Of a stretch of DNA of 64,000 nt, positions 33,877 to 46,630 are shown in pieces. The stretch lies in NCBI RefSeq assembly GCF_041956535.1, contig NW_027192196.1:985823-1049822 (forward strand). The letters run 5' to 3'. The DNA is from Calcarisporiella thermophila CBS 279.70 (taxonomy: Eukaryota; Fungi; Calcarisporiellomycota). Each line of letters starts with the position of its first letter. Position 1 is the stretch's first letter. The notes under the pieces were generated by a model. The model had not been told where the DNA came from. It searched no databases and saw only the letters and a program-made list of their open reading frames with translations. The translations under genes were made by a program, and so were the position numbers.

Positions 33877-35420
33877 TCAACGATTGTACGGCTCAAGTAA
33901 GGCTAGCGCTTTTTGAAGATTATCCACGGCGGCGGGGATGTCATCGAAATTTAGCGCGCTGATCGCCCATTTGGAATACTTCTGAGCCTTGGCGACAATA
34001 CCTGGGTCCATATCCGGGGGGAGTGTGGGAGCATAGGGAGCCGACGATGATGACAATGGCCGCGGCGCAGTTTGGGCAGACTGTGGAGGGGCAGAGGGGG
34101 GAGGAGGAGGAGGAGGAGGAGCAGAGGGAGAAAAGGCCATGGGGGAAGGCTGGTGGGATTGTGTGAGGGGAGGAACTTGAGGGGGTTGCGGGGGCGGGGG
34201 ACCTGCTTGGTATTGGAAGTAGGGATTGTAGTCAGGACCAGCAGCAGAGGGGTTGCCATGCTGGGCCGGAGGAAGAGAGCCTCCAGCGTATGCCCCTTGT
34301 GAGAGGTCGATAAACGCGTCCTTGGGAGCGAAAGGCATGGAGGGGGCTGTACTATTGGGTGGATTCTGAAATAGGGGCTGGTAAGGAACCTCTTCTTTAT
34401 TGCTACTTGGATCAAAATCGCTCGCTGGCTGGCCCACGGGAGGGGAAGGAAACGGAAGCCAGGCCTGATCCGCGGAAGAGGGAGCAGATGCAGGGGCGGA
34501 AAAGTGTGGGTCGCTTGGCGGAGCAATGGGATCTTGGTCCATTCTATTGCCGCCCCCGCTGCCAGTAGGGGATGTTGTTTCGGGCGGGGGATTTGCCTCA
34601 GTTCCCGTTTCACCGGGGGGCCCCGCAACGGGCTTTCTACCCTCGCGCAATGCCTTGATGATATCGGTGGCCTTCCACTTGGAATACTTCAACTTCTCTT
34701 CAATCTTATACAGTAGGGAATGGATAGAGGTACGAGTCAGTATCAGAATGGGGGAAGAGAGAGGATTTAACTAGCGTGTACTCTACCGAAGGATCGAGCT
34801 CACCGAAAATCTTCAACAGTTCTAGGAAGATGGATGCTGCTAAAAACGTCTTTGCTGTTTTTCTGCCAGGCCACGCCCATAATCAGCAAATGGATCGAGT
34901 CGATGATAGAAAAATACAACCACCTACTTTGATGCTTTGCCGGCTCTATCCTCGTTGTCTGCATTCATAAACACTTTAAGCGCGAAATTTTCCACCTGTG
35001 CATGCCCAACTAGGTCATCTGAAATGGCCTCATTATCGGCTAACTCCTTTTTTTGCTACGGAGGCGAGAGGAGGGGGGAGAGGTGAGAGGTGAAATGAGA
35101 ATTGGAGGTGTCGAGCCATCCTAAAATTCCTCTAATCAACACACACCTTTTCAAGGACATCAAGTAATTTGGACAAGTATATTTGACAATCTTTGGTTTT
35201 CGATCCCTTTTTTATTGCTTCCTTGGCCGCATAATAATAACCTACGTGTTGAACCAGTGGATGTCAGTAAGGGGTGACCGAGCGAAGAGAAATCAAGAGC
35301 AAAGTGGTCATGACACGTACAATAGTAAGAGATCACAGGCTGATGATCTTTAAGCTCTTGCGCACGTTGGAGATACGGGTTGATGAACTTAAGTTCTTCT
35401 GGTAAAGGCAATCCGTCCAT
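33877..35420 (-). CDS. VTA1: ESCRT-III/Vps4 cofactor Vta1 (multi-exon)
   Basis: N-terminal MIT region (PYLQRAQEL...VISYYC, KYSKWKATDIIKALREGRKP), Pro-rich linker and C-terminal VSL domain AQKYSKWAISALNFDDIPAAVDNLQKAL. Confidence 0.94.
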
Positions 35421-35582
35421 TAATGACGCTTGATCCTAACGAAATCAGTAGTTTATACAGTGATGCAAGACTACGAGTCTTGGCCACTCCCTTTTTGAGC
35501 TTATGGAAGTTGAGGGCGACCGTTCCCCTAATAAAATTCGATTATTCTATTAACTCTTTTTTTTCATCGTTTTTTAATCATT

Positions 35583-36526
35583 ATGTATTTCAATAAAGTG
35601 AATTTTGTTGCACTATTTATAGTGCTCTTCTGCAGTGGAGTTCTGGCAAGTCGTGTTCAGGATCTGACCGATAGTAACTTCAATTCTGAAGTGAAGCGGG
35701 AGGGGGAGTGGCTCGTTGAATTGTACGTATATAGTTGCTTCTATAAGGGGAACATCATCCTCCAAACATTCTTTGCTCTAAATCTAGCTATGCTCCCTGG
35801 TGTGGTGCTTGTCGACGGTTCGCTCCGCTTTATGAGCAGGCTGCTGAGCGGCTATCAACCCATGCGCCAAAGGTCGCCATTGGCAAAGTGAATGTGGAGG
35901 AAAATCCAGGTCTTGCAAGTCGATTTTTCATTTCTCGGTAGGGCGCGTGACATGTATTGTAATGAATGAGAAGAATACTTTTAACTTTCTTTGGATCATC
36001 TTGGTAGAATCCCGCAAATGTACCACATAAAGGATCATGAAGGTAATGACTACGAACAAGATCTCTCCCACTTCCCCTAGATGAATGGCATCTAACTCTT
36101 TCGCTTTTGTAACGCATCTCAGTTCGAAAGGTTAATATCACGTTTGAGACGTCGAGTGTCGTTGACTACGTGGTTAAGGAGAAGTGGAAGGAGGACAAAG
36201 TGTGGAACGGCCTGTTCTCCCCTTATTCTATTGGGTAAGCAGTTCATACCATGGTTGCTTTTTTTTTTTCACGACATTCATACTGAGACTTATCGACGTG
36301 TACCGATAATAGCGGCACTGTTATGAATGGCCTTGGTATCTTTAGTGGAGTGGTTTCCAATGTTACCAGAACCGTTCCTGCATATATCCTGTGGCCTGGA
36401 ATGATGGTGGCCTCATTTGCATTTGCTTGGTTAATAGCAACGCTGACGACTCCCAATCCCCCTCCTGCACGTTCTGCACGACCTGCACAATCTGAACAGG
36501 CGCGCGAAGCCAAAAAGTCGAAGTAA
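35583..36526 (+). CDS. ER thioredoxin-related transmembrane protein (TMX1-like, multi-exon)
   Basis: Signal peptide; spliced EWLVEFYAPWCGAC; KVNVEENPGLASRFFISRIP; C-terminal TM and KKSK dilysine ER-retrieval signal. Confidence 0.88.
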
Positions 36527-36751
36527 AATAAGATAGTATTGTAAGAATTGCTTTTACTCTTTTTATATATAATAAAAGTTCTTGTTAATTCAAATTTCTG
36601 TGGGATTTTTTTTATAATTCCTTCGGTACTTTTAATTTCGAGCGGCTTAGCAATAAACAGTCTCTGTTTTTCTTCCGGACTACTACTGACTTAGCAATAT
36701 CCGCGCTCTCCTACCTGAACTCCTCTTTCCATCACTATAAGCTAAGGAAAC

Positions 36752-38346
36752 ATGTCCGAGGTTGCAGAACAGCCCAATTTGTCTACTGAAGAGATCAAGA
36801 AGCGAGCTCTCCGACAGGGTATATCGCAAATCCTATAAACTTTGGAAGCTGGATTAATCATAATCTTTCCCGAATAGTTGAGTTCTACTTTGGGGATGCT
36901 AATTTGCCTTATGATAAATTCTTTTGGGATCTAACTCGAAAGAATGATGGGTGTAAGTGTGCCCTTTTTTTATTAGGATTATTTAATATGGCTCGAGTAG
37001 CATTCATCGTCCTCTCATTTCATCTCTTTAGGGGTTCCAATCAAGGTTCTCATGACATTCAAACGTATGCGCGCCTACCAGCCCTTTGAGCTTGTAGTGG
37101 AGGCCCTCCGGGAATCCAAGAGCCTCCTTGAGGTGAGTGAGGATGGCACCAAGGTTCGCCGCAAGGAACCCCTTGTGGAGACGCCTGGACGCGTTTTCCG
37201 CTCGATCTACGCAAAAGGATTCGGAGAAGAGACGCCTACGCTTCAATTCGAACTGGAAGACTTCTTTGCCAAGTTTGGTGACTGTCGGGCCGTCCGTATG
37301 CGACGTACCGATGACAAAGAGAAGAAATTTAAGGTAGGCGAGGAAAACAATTGTATAATTTAGAAAATTAATCGTCTTTGCCCCGCAATGGTAACTTATA
37401 CTGAACCATTTGGTATTCGCAGGGCTCCGTATTTGTCGAATTTGGGACCCAAGAGGAAGCAGAAAAAATTGCTCAAATGAAACTCGAATACAACGGGCAG
37501 GAGCTTGAAGTCATGACAAAGTAAGTGGGTGGAGCGGACCATTTTATAATTGCGGTGGGAGCGTGGATTCTGATGCCTTTGCATGTTTGTCTAGGGGTAA
37601 ATACATTGAAATTAAAAAGGAGAAATATGCCAACGAGCCCAGCGCACCTCACAAACCACCTCCATTCAACGCATTCCGCGAGATGCGAGAATCACAAAAG
37701 TCACAAAAGGCTCCTAAGCGGCCTCTACATCTAATCAAATACAGTGGTTGTGGAGCCAGCCTAAAGGTGAACGAATTAAAGGTAAGGGAGCTACGACAAT
37801 AGGTGGTGCGTGGGTTCAGTTAGACTGAGGGCATTTTCTTTGTTTTCCTTCATGCTAACCATAGGCTGAGCTTGCGAAGCACATCGAGATCTACTGGGTA
37901 GCTCCTGCTAACGGCGAAGGTTTTATTGAGCTAAAGGGCAATGCAGATGAAAATGCCGCGATTGAGAAGTTGAATGCGGCTAGCATAGAGCTAGGCGGCG
38001 TGAAGACCAGTTTTTCCATTCCAACTGGTATGTGTTTTTTTCTTTCCTTCTAATATGTTAAACCGAGTTCTAATCCCACATTTCGTGGGGTGGGGGGGAT
38101 GATTTCATTACAGACGAAGAGAAGGAATCCTATACTCAGCAGAAGCAGAAGCGTTCTAAAGACGATGGCGCCTTTGGAGGCAAAAACCGTGGTACAAAGC
38201 GGAAAATGGACGGTAAGCACCAGAAACGAGGCGAGAAGAAAGAGGGAGAAAACAAAAATGGTTCGGAAACGCCCGATGAGTCGGCCGCTAAGAAACTCAA
38301 AACAGAGGAGGAGAAAGTGGAAGGCACAGAGGGACAGGATGCATAG
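36752..38346 (+). CDS. LHP1: La autoantigen (La motif + RRM + second C-terminal RRM-like domain, multi-exon)
   Basis: RQVEFYFGDANLPYDKF, WVPIKVLMTFKRMR, LLEVSEDGTKVRRK, SIYAKGF and KFKGSVFVEF. Confidence 0.94.
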
Positions 38347-38555
38347 TCTTTCATGCTAGCTGTGGCAGGATGAAATAACTGTTGGTACATATATTTCATG
38401 CGCTTTTTCTTCTCAACATCCACCAAGAATGCATCGTAATATATTGATGATCCAAAATTTTTTATTATTTAATCCGAAAAAAAATAGAACACTCTTTATC
38501 TAAAAAAAAATTGCCGCCGGTAGATAACATCTCATGCAAATGGTTGAAACTCTGC

Positions 38556-38977
38556 CTAAAAACCACCCCCTATTTGCAAAGCGAGTATAGAATTTAGAAT
38601 CTAGGATGACATTTTGAAAGCAATGTCGAGAAATGACTTACCAATCTGCTCAATCATAACATCCAGGGTATCGCCGTTTTCCATCTCCAGCTCTTCGGGG
38701 GTGTTTTCCGGCTGGATACGTTCACCGTCATAGAGAAACCGGACCGAGTTTAATGATTTGCCCTGGCGCTCGCAGTATGCCGTCATTAGGCGCTTGAGTG
38801 GTGTAGTTCTCTTGATCTTGAAGTAGACTTCATTGTGATCCTAGAAAAAGGATAAAATGAGTTGGAGCTGCCAGCACGAATTCCCGAGCAATCTAGTTTT
38901 CATTGTCAACTTACACTTCCCACCACCTTGATGTTAATGTGCTCCACATCCGGCTTCTTTTCTTGCTGTTCTGACAT
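38556..38977 (-). CDS. SMT3: SUMO (3 coding exons), precursor ending QIGGGF
   Basis: HINIKVV, EVYFKIKRTTPLKRLMTAYCERQGK, RFLYDGERI and TPEELEMENGDTLDVMIEQIGG. Confidence 0.96.
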
Positions 38978-39599
38978 GATCCTGTTAGGTTATGAAAAAG
39001 ATATTAACCTTTCGTGAGATTTCATTTTCGGCTTCTCCAGGATGCTTACACTTGCTATTGATGATTGATCAGCAGCAGATCTTCGATTAGTTGGTGATCT
39101 TTTTTTGTAGTAAAAGAAGTTGGTAAAATTTTGGAGTGGTCGACGTCATTAGTTTTGGGTGTGAACGTGGCACTTCGAAAGCGTCCCGATTTTCTGACCC
39201 CAGTTTCTATTCTCTTCGTTTTTTTTTTTCCTTTTTTCATCCTAAGCCCATCCGTGATCGCCACCATCATTTCAGTTGGCTGGCAACATTAGCTGATTAG
39301 CTTCTTCATCTCCTATTATTTTATTTGTGGTTTTTTTGGTCACTTTTAAAATTTTCATCAATTTACGCGTACGATCGGCTCTCATTTTTTGTTGGGTAAG
39401 TGCCTGTATTTAATAGACTGAAAGGAATTTTACACAATATTGTCTGTCTCGGGATATTGTCGTTCATTCTTTATGCATGCACTCTCATTCGATGGATGTA
39501 TTAGCGGATTGCCTCATCTGTTGTATTTTAGTTCATTAGATTAGTCGGTGCCCCCCGAATTCCCATTGTTGCAAAGTCGTAAAATATTAGGTACGACCA

Positions 39600-42500
39600 A
39601 TGAAAATCGACGAAATCAATCGCACTGCCACTTTTAGTTGGAGTCCAGTGCAGCATCTTCCGTACATTGCCACGGGTACGGTTGCTGGCGCGCTAGACGC
39701 TTCATTCTCGAATACAGCAGAGCTTGAGATTTTCCATCTCGACACTCAAAAAAGATCATCAAGTGGGGGCGAATTAACGGCTGCAGGAGTAGTGCAGAGC
39801 AGTGCCAGGTATACTTTACTGAGCGATGTTTTCACGCGACATCTGATGTCTAATCCCTTAATTTTTTTTTGTCATTGCTAGATTTAATGATTTGGCATGG
39901 GGCCATCCTACCGCGGATAGGCCTTACGGTATCCTCGCGGGTGGTCTAGAAAATGGTGAGCTCAACTTGTGGGATCCCAAAGCTATCCTTGAAGGAAGCG
40001 GGTAAGTGAATTTGCGTGTGATGAGTTCTTATTATTTTCAATGGAATATAATCATTCATTAATTTCCACTCCAGGGATCAAGCTCTCATTCTGCGTAATA
40101 CATCTCACACTGGCTCGGTGCGTAGTCTTGATTTCAACCCCTTCCAGCATAGCCTTCTAGCATCTGCAGCCGGTAATGGCGAGGTATGCGTTAGAATATA
40201 AAGTTTTCTATACAAACTCTTCTCCAACCCTTCTCGGTATACTCTTTCCCAGATTTTCATTTGGAATTTGTCAAACCCTGCCAAGCCATACTCGCCTGGA
40301 GCGAGATCTCCGAAGCTCGACGATATTACATGCCTTGCATGGAATTCTCAAGTACAGCATATTCTTGCTAGCTCTTCGACAACAGGGTATACTGTCATTT
40401 GGGATTTGCGTAATCGCAAGGAGGTCATGCATTTGCAGTTCAGTGGTGCCTCAGCGATGCCTATGGGTATGGCAATGGGTGGCGCTGGAGGCCCACGTGG
40501 CGTGACAGCAGTTGTCTGGAACCCCGATATGGTATGGCAATCATCAATAGATATATGCACAATAATTACAGATATACTTATAATATTATCTGTAGGCCAC
40601 TCAATTGATCACTGCTTCAGAAGATGATTCCAACCCTGCTATCACTATGTGGGACCTGAGGCATGCTCACTCCCCCGAAAAGGTGCTCAGCGGCCACACC
40701 AAGGGCGTTCTCTCCGTCTCATGGTGTCAAAAAGATTCAGATTTGTTGCTTTCGTGCGGCAAGGATTGCCGTACTATCTGTTGGAATCCTAGAACGAGCG
40801 AGAGCATTGGCGAGGTAATATATTTTTGACTGCTAATTTTATGAGACATGGTACTTAGGAGTGCTCTACTATCTATATACAATCAGCTACCTCAAAGCGC
40901 AAACTGGTCGTTTAAGGTCGATTGGTGCCGAAGCAATCCTGACTTGTTCGCATCTGCTTCATTCGATGGAAAGGTATGAATGGCGAATTCAATCCTAATT
41001 GTGGGCTTTTTCTAAGTGACGAGTTGGTCCATTTAGATTTCCATTCACTCGCTTCAAGGAACCGGGGCTAGTGAAGAGGCTGCTCCTGCCCCTGCCGATC
41101 AGACAGCTTATGATCCTTTCTCTACTCATGCTTACGTAGCCCCGACCACCCCTGAATTCACACTCAAGCAGCCTCCTAAGTGGCTTCGTAGACCCGTTGG
41201 TGCCTCGTTTAGCTTCGGTGGTAAGCTGGCCATGTTTAGCAATAAAACCAGCGTGGCACCACAGGGAACTCAGGTCACCCAGGCACCCCACCACACTGTT
41301 TCCATTGCAACACCTGTAACAGAACCTGAGCTCGTCAACCGGACCGCACAGCTAGAGGCAGTCAATGGTGACAAGAACGGCCTGAGCAGCTTTTGCGAGA
41401 AGCGCGCGAGTGAAGCCAGCAACGAGGAGGAGGCTCAAAGCTGGAAGGTGCTTAGTGCACTGTTCCATGATGATGCGCGTGAAAGACTTGTGAAGCACCT
41501 CGGTTTCAACAAGGAGACCGTCGTGAGCCATGTATCTGAAGCATTAAAGAAATTAGATCTTAAGGATGTGAAAACAGCACCCAAGAGAGAGGCGGCCAAA
41601 CCAGCTCGTCAGGCCGAGCCTAAAGCCACTGAGAACGGCGAGCATGATGCATTCGCTCAAGAGGAACTGAAGGAGGAAGCGTCCGAGCCGAAGGCAGCCG
41701 ATGGTCAGAATGTGGTGGAACCGAGCGAGGAAGCAAACCAAAAGCCTGCTGGAGAGGCCGGTGATGTTAAAGCAGAGGAGCCCGACTTTTTCGGTGGAAA
41801 GCCGACCGATTCGGCAGCCGATCCCTTCTCCAACCTCAAATCTCCCGAAGAGGCGAACGTGGCCGTGCCAGATGCCCAGCCATCGATGGAGGGACTGTCT
41901 GTCCTCGGGGCACCCAAGAGCCCCTTCAATATCTACCCCTCCAACGAATCTGAGGTGGACCGTTCCATCACCCGAGCCATTGTCATTGGACACTTTGAAT
42001 CTGCTGTGGAGGCGTGTCTTGCGACAAATCGCCTTTCCGAAGCACTGCTCCTGGCCATCTGCGGTGGCCCCGAGCTCTTGGAGCGAACCCAGAAGGCCTA
42101 CTTTGAGCGCCAGACCGAAAATATACCTTACCTCCGTCTCCTGCGAGCCGTGGTTAGCCACGATTTGGTTGACGTTGTCAACAATGCAGACATTGACGAA
42201 TGGCAAGAAGTTGTTGCAGTGCTTTGCTCTTTTGCCCGCGCAGAGGAGTTCCCCTCCTTGTGCGAAGCACTTGGTCTTCGCCTTGAGCAGCGGTGGCGTG
42301 AGCTCTCTAGCCGCCGAGGTCCTGCTGCTGATAACCAAGCAGCTGCGATCCGTTACCGCCAAAGCGCTAGCCTCTGCTACTTGGCTGCCGGAAATCTTGA
42401 GAAGGTGGTCGGGCTCTGGATTGCTGAGGTCATGGAGGAGGAGATCAAGAATCCGGCCCGCGATTCCACCGCGTACATTTCAAAACACACCCGCACCTTG

Positions 42501-44516
42501 GAGGATCTCATCGAGCGGGTGACCGTGTTCCGTCAGGCGATCGAGTTTGTGGATCAAGATTTGACCGCTCAGCCTGCTGCTGCGGGCGAAGGCGAGGCAC
42601 AACCCAATCGTAGCGCCAATTTCAAGCTCGCGCCTCTATATGAAAAATACTGCGAGTATGCGGAGCTGCTTGCCTCTCAAGGCTTATTGACAACGGCAAT
42701 GAAATATTTGGAGTTGACTCCACCTGAATACCGAAAGCCGTTGTCCGTGGACGTTGATCTCGTTGGTGTGATCAGAGACCGCTTGTATCACTCTGGTGGC
42801 AGTGCAGTGGCAACCCAAGTCCCTGCTTTCCCCTTCCAGACCTTCATCCCGCAGGAGCAGGTCGACCAGTCTCAGCAGCAACAGCCGCAGCAACAGCAAC
42901 CATTGGCGGCGACAGCAGCGGAATCCGTGGCTCAATACGACTACTCTCAGCCGGCGGCTGTTGCAGCTACTCAGCAGCAACAGTATGGCTATGGTCAACA
43001 GCCTCAGCAACCATCTGCCATGTACCAACCCTACAATCAACCGGCTCAGCCACAGGCTACCATGGTCGATCAACAGGCGGGCTATGGTGCGCAGACCACC
43101 CAGCAATCCTGGTACCCCCAAACACAGTCCAGCGCCATGTACCAGTCCACCAATGTTTCGGCCGCATATAACACACCCTATGGATACACACAAGGCCAGT
43201 ATGGTGCACAATATGGGGACATGACTACCCCCGCCGTTCCCCAGCCCCCCCCAATGGCCGGGCAACAGTTTGCCACGGAGAGCAGTGCGGTGCGCGAACT
43301 CCCTCCTTCTCAGCAGCGCAATACAGGTGCGTGGAACGACCCACCCATGCTCGCTGCACAAGAGAGAAAGCGTCAGACATCAGCAACAAAATCCTATGCT
43401 CCCATCACCGCTCCATTCTCCGGCGCTGGGCCCGTAAACACCCCCACCTCACCGGGCGGAAGTGTGGTTCCTCCACCCCCGCAATCAATGTTGAACCGCC
43501 CCCCCTCTGCCGCGGGCGTCACCTCACCATATGCGCAGAATGCTCAAGCTCCACCTCCCCCTCCTCCTGCAGCCGGTATGATGGCAGGCTCTCAGCAGCA
43601 GCAGCACCAGCACCAACAACAGCAGCACCAGCCAATGTATGGCCAACATTATCAACCGGCAGCACAGCAGCCTCATCCATATGCCCAGTCAAGCCCAACT
43701 CCTCCCCCACCCCCCGCAAAACCTGGTGCCCCACAACCCATGTACGGAGCTCAGGCCCTTGCCCATCAGCAGCGTTCATCTACCCCGCAGCACACCATGT
43801 CCCCTCCACCCCATCACGCACAACAGCGGCAACCTTACGCAATGTATCAGCAGCCTTACCAGCAGCAGCCGCAACAACAACCTCAGCAGCAGCCGCAACC
43901 GCCCGCAGCGGCTAAGCCCAGCCCTCAGGCCGCCCGGGCTCCTAGTCCCGAAAAGAAGCGTCACCGTGAGTAGATGGAATTTGGGAGAATGATGTTGGGA
44001 TGTCAATCTAATTTCTCCGTTTGTCTTTGTATTAGCCGCGGGTGATAGATCGCACATTCCGGCCGCCCACAAGCCAATCGTGACCGTCCTGTCCAACGAA
44101 CTTGCTCGTGCTCGGCAAAATGCTCCGGTAAGAAATGGGCGGTGCCCACCTAATTGATTTGCACTTTCTGTGTCCTAATGCTGATCCAACTTGGATAGCC
44201 CCAGCAAAAGAGGCCTTTGGATGATGCAGAGCGACGCCTTAACATTCTCTTTGATCTATTAAACAATGAGGAACTCTCAGGGCCTGTAATTGAGCAATTA
44301 CTATTATTGGTGCAGGGTAAGTCCTTTCTTTTGTCCTGGCTTGACTTGTATGCCCAGAGATACTAATTCTTTTCGGCCGATTGATTAGCTCTTGAGGCGC
44401 AGGACTACAACACTGCTTCGCGTATTCATGTTGACTTGATCACAACTAAGAGCTCCGAATGTGGACAATGGATGGTGGGCGTGAAGCGCCTGATCGATAC
44501 TCCACGGGTGTACTAG
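39600..44516 (+). CDS. SEC31: COPII outer coat subunit Sec31 (multi-exon)
   Basis: MKIDEINRTATFSWSP, GTVAGALDASFS, WD40 repeats, PKWLRRPVGASFSFGGKL, Pro/Gln-rich region with WNDPP, and C-terminal WMVGVKRLI. Confidence 0.96.
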
Positions 44517-45069
44517 ATTTTAGATCACGTTTGCCAAAGGATTTCCATAGGATGATGAGGAGAGGTTGCTAGATGAACTTCAGTGGCTTTACTTTTATTT
44601 TCTTTCCTTTCTTTATTGGCTTTCTTTTTTATAGTATAAGGGGAAGTTGGGGAAGATTGGGAAGTATATTTTTCTTCTCTTTCTTTTTGGTTATATTTCT
44701 ATTATTTTGTCATTTCATGTGTTCCCTTTTTTTTTTCTCTTCTCTTTCTCCTTATTATTATGGTGTGAACACTGAAAGAAGAAGAAAAAAAAATAAAAAT
44801 AAATATAAGTGGGCTTTATATAAATCATTCTGTTCTCAATCCCTTGAGGCGAGGAGAATGCCGAAATATCGCTGCGAAGGGTCGCTTTGAGAAGATGATT
44901 TTGATCTAAAATGGAAGAAAAGTACACTTAGGGAAAACTGACAAAGAGGTCCAGCCAATTTACTTGGCTATAGTTTTCGATAAGGTCGAGGAAGTGCATT
45001 GCAGTTAGAAGTGTGTTGTGCACATACATGATCCAAAAGTTTGGTCCAAAGGGATAATGGTACAACATT

Positions 45070-45100
45070 ATTGCAACATTGCAATATTGCAATATTTGCA
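45070..45100. repeat. Tandem ATTGCAAY octamers forming a perfect 16-bp palindrome (45078-45093)
   Basis: attgcaac attgcaat attgcaat atttgca. Confidence 0.75.
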
Positions 45101-45300
45101 TTCTATTTTGAATACCTTTAAGTACTGACAGTGAAAAGAGATATTGTCCCTCGGTCACGACTGTTGGAGTCGGGGGAGGGGCAGCGCACGGTATTGTATT
45201 TTGAATTAAAAGTTTTATTTTTGTTTCGCGTCGTCTCCTCAAATGAACATAAGAAAGCGGAAACAAAACAAAAAAGGAGGAAGAGGGAACAAAAGGCTTT

Positions 45301-46109
45301 TTAGCGGTAGCGGCGGAGGGAGAGGGTGTTGTTGCGGCGCCAGTTGGCACGACGACCTCCACCCTTCATGTTGTTGAACAGATGACCACGGCCGGCAATG
45401 CCACGAGACTTGCGTCCGATGGCAGTGAGACCACGGGCCTCGCGGTGCTTGTGCACGGGGTTGCAGATCCAGTTGATGCGGGGGTCGCGGCGGATGGCCT
45501 TGTGGTTGGGGTCCACCAAGATGACCTCGAAATACTTGTAGGTGCTGTCGCTGTTGATCCAGTACGAGTTGAGCACGCGCAAGTTGCCGCAGCGGCGGCC
45601 AACACGCTCCTCGGCGGTGACGCGGAGGGACTTCTGGTACTTGAGTTGGGTGACACCCTGGCGCACAGGCTTACCGTAGGTCTGACCCTTGGGGACGGGC
45701 TTCTTGCGACCTCCACGGCGCACGCGGATGCGGTAGATGACATAGCCCTGCTTGGCCTTGTAACCAAGACGGCGGGCTTTGTCGGGGCGAGAGGGACGCG
45801 ATGCACGATGGATCACGTTCAACTGGCGGTACTCCCAGCAGCGGACGCGGAGAAGGAAGCGCATCACATCGGACTGCTTCTTCTTGTAAAGTTCTGCAGG
45901 ATGGAGGGGAAGGGGCGGGATAAGGGTGAGTTGACAATTGAATTAGATCTGACATTATAACTAATGAAATTTACCCTCGAGATATTTGTAGGCTGAAAAG
46001 TGTAGTTAGACAAACAGGTGGAAACAAAGCGATAGGAAAAGCATAAAATGATATATTAGATGATCGGCGAGCAGAAGAGAAATAAAGCCATCGTCAACTT
46101 ACCACCCAT
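45301..46109 (-). CDS. RPL15: 60S ribosomal protein eL15; coding exons 46109-46103, 45992-45975, 45893-45301
   Basis: Spliced N-terminus [32 protein letters not shown]; C-terminus NTLSLRRYR. Confidence 0.98.
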
Positions 46110-46284
46110 GATGGACAATGGCCTAATGAACACCCCGATGAATCCATACAAAAAGGATAGAAAATGGTTAATAGAACGCATAGAACATCGAGTCCATTCA
46201 TATCGACTCTTGCTTGGATGCCCATCCTAAAGATGATGTGGATAATAGGACGGATGGATGCTACTCACCTTTCTGTCTTGGAGT

Positions 46285-46347
46285 GGAAAGAGGAGGAATC
46301 GTATTTCGAGGGCCCTGTGGATTTTGTTGTTAAATTTGACAGTCACA
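46285..46347 (-). promoter_or_regulatory. RPL15 core promoter: Homol-D box (TGTGACTG, 46347-46340) and CTCTTTCC TCT/TOP-like initiator (46292-46285)
   Basis: Both motifs are exact. They are followed by a short non-coding exon and a 5'UTR intron (GTGAGT at 46268, TAG at 46123). Confidence 0.6.
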
Positions 46348-46630
46348 TGTTTCAGAGCACTACTATTTCTTATATTTTTCCCTTCTACTCACTTTCAAAG
46401 CCATCTCCAATTAAGTTTATTAAGTGACTCTGAAATTCAATATCAAACTCAAAATAAAAAAAAGGTTATTGAGAGGGAGATTCAAGTGGGGTTAATGGGA
46501 CAGTGTGGTTATAAAAAATAAAGTGAAAAAGTGAAAAAAATAAAGGAATCAACATATTTGATATTTACTATGTTTCTTCTAACTGAAAATCAAATATAGT
46601 GTAAAAAAGAATACAGGGCTTGGTATATCA

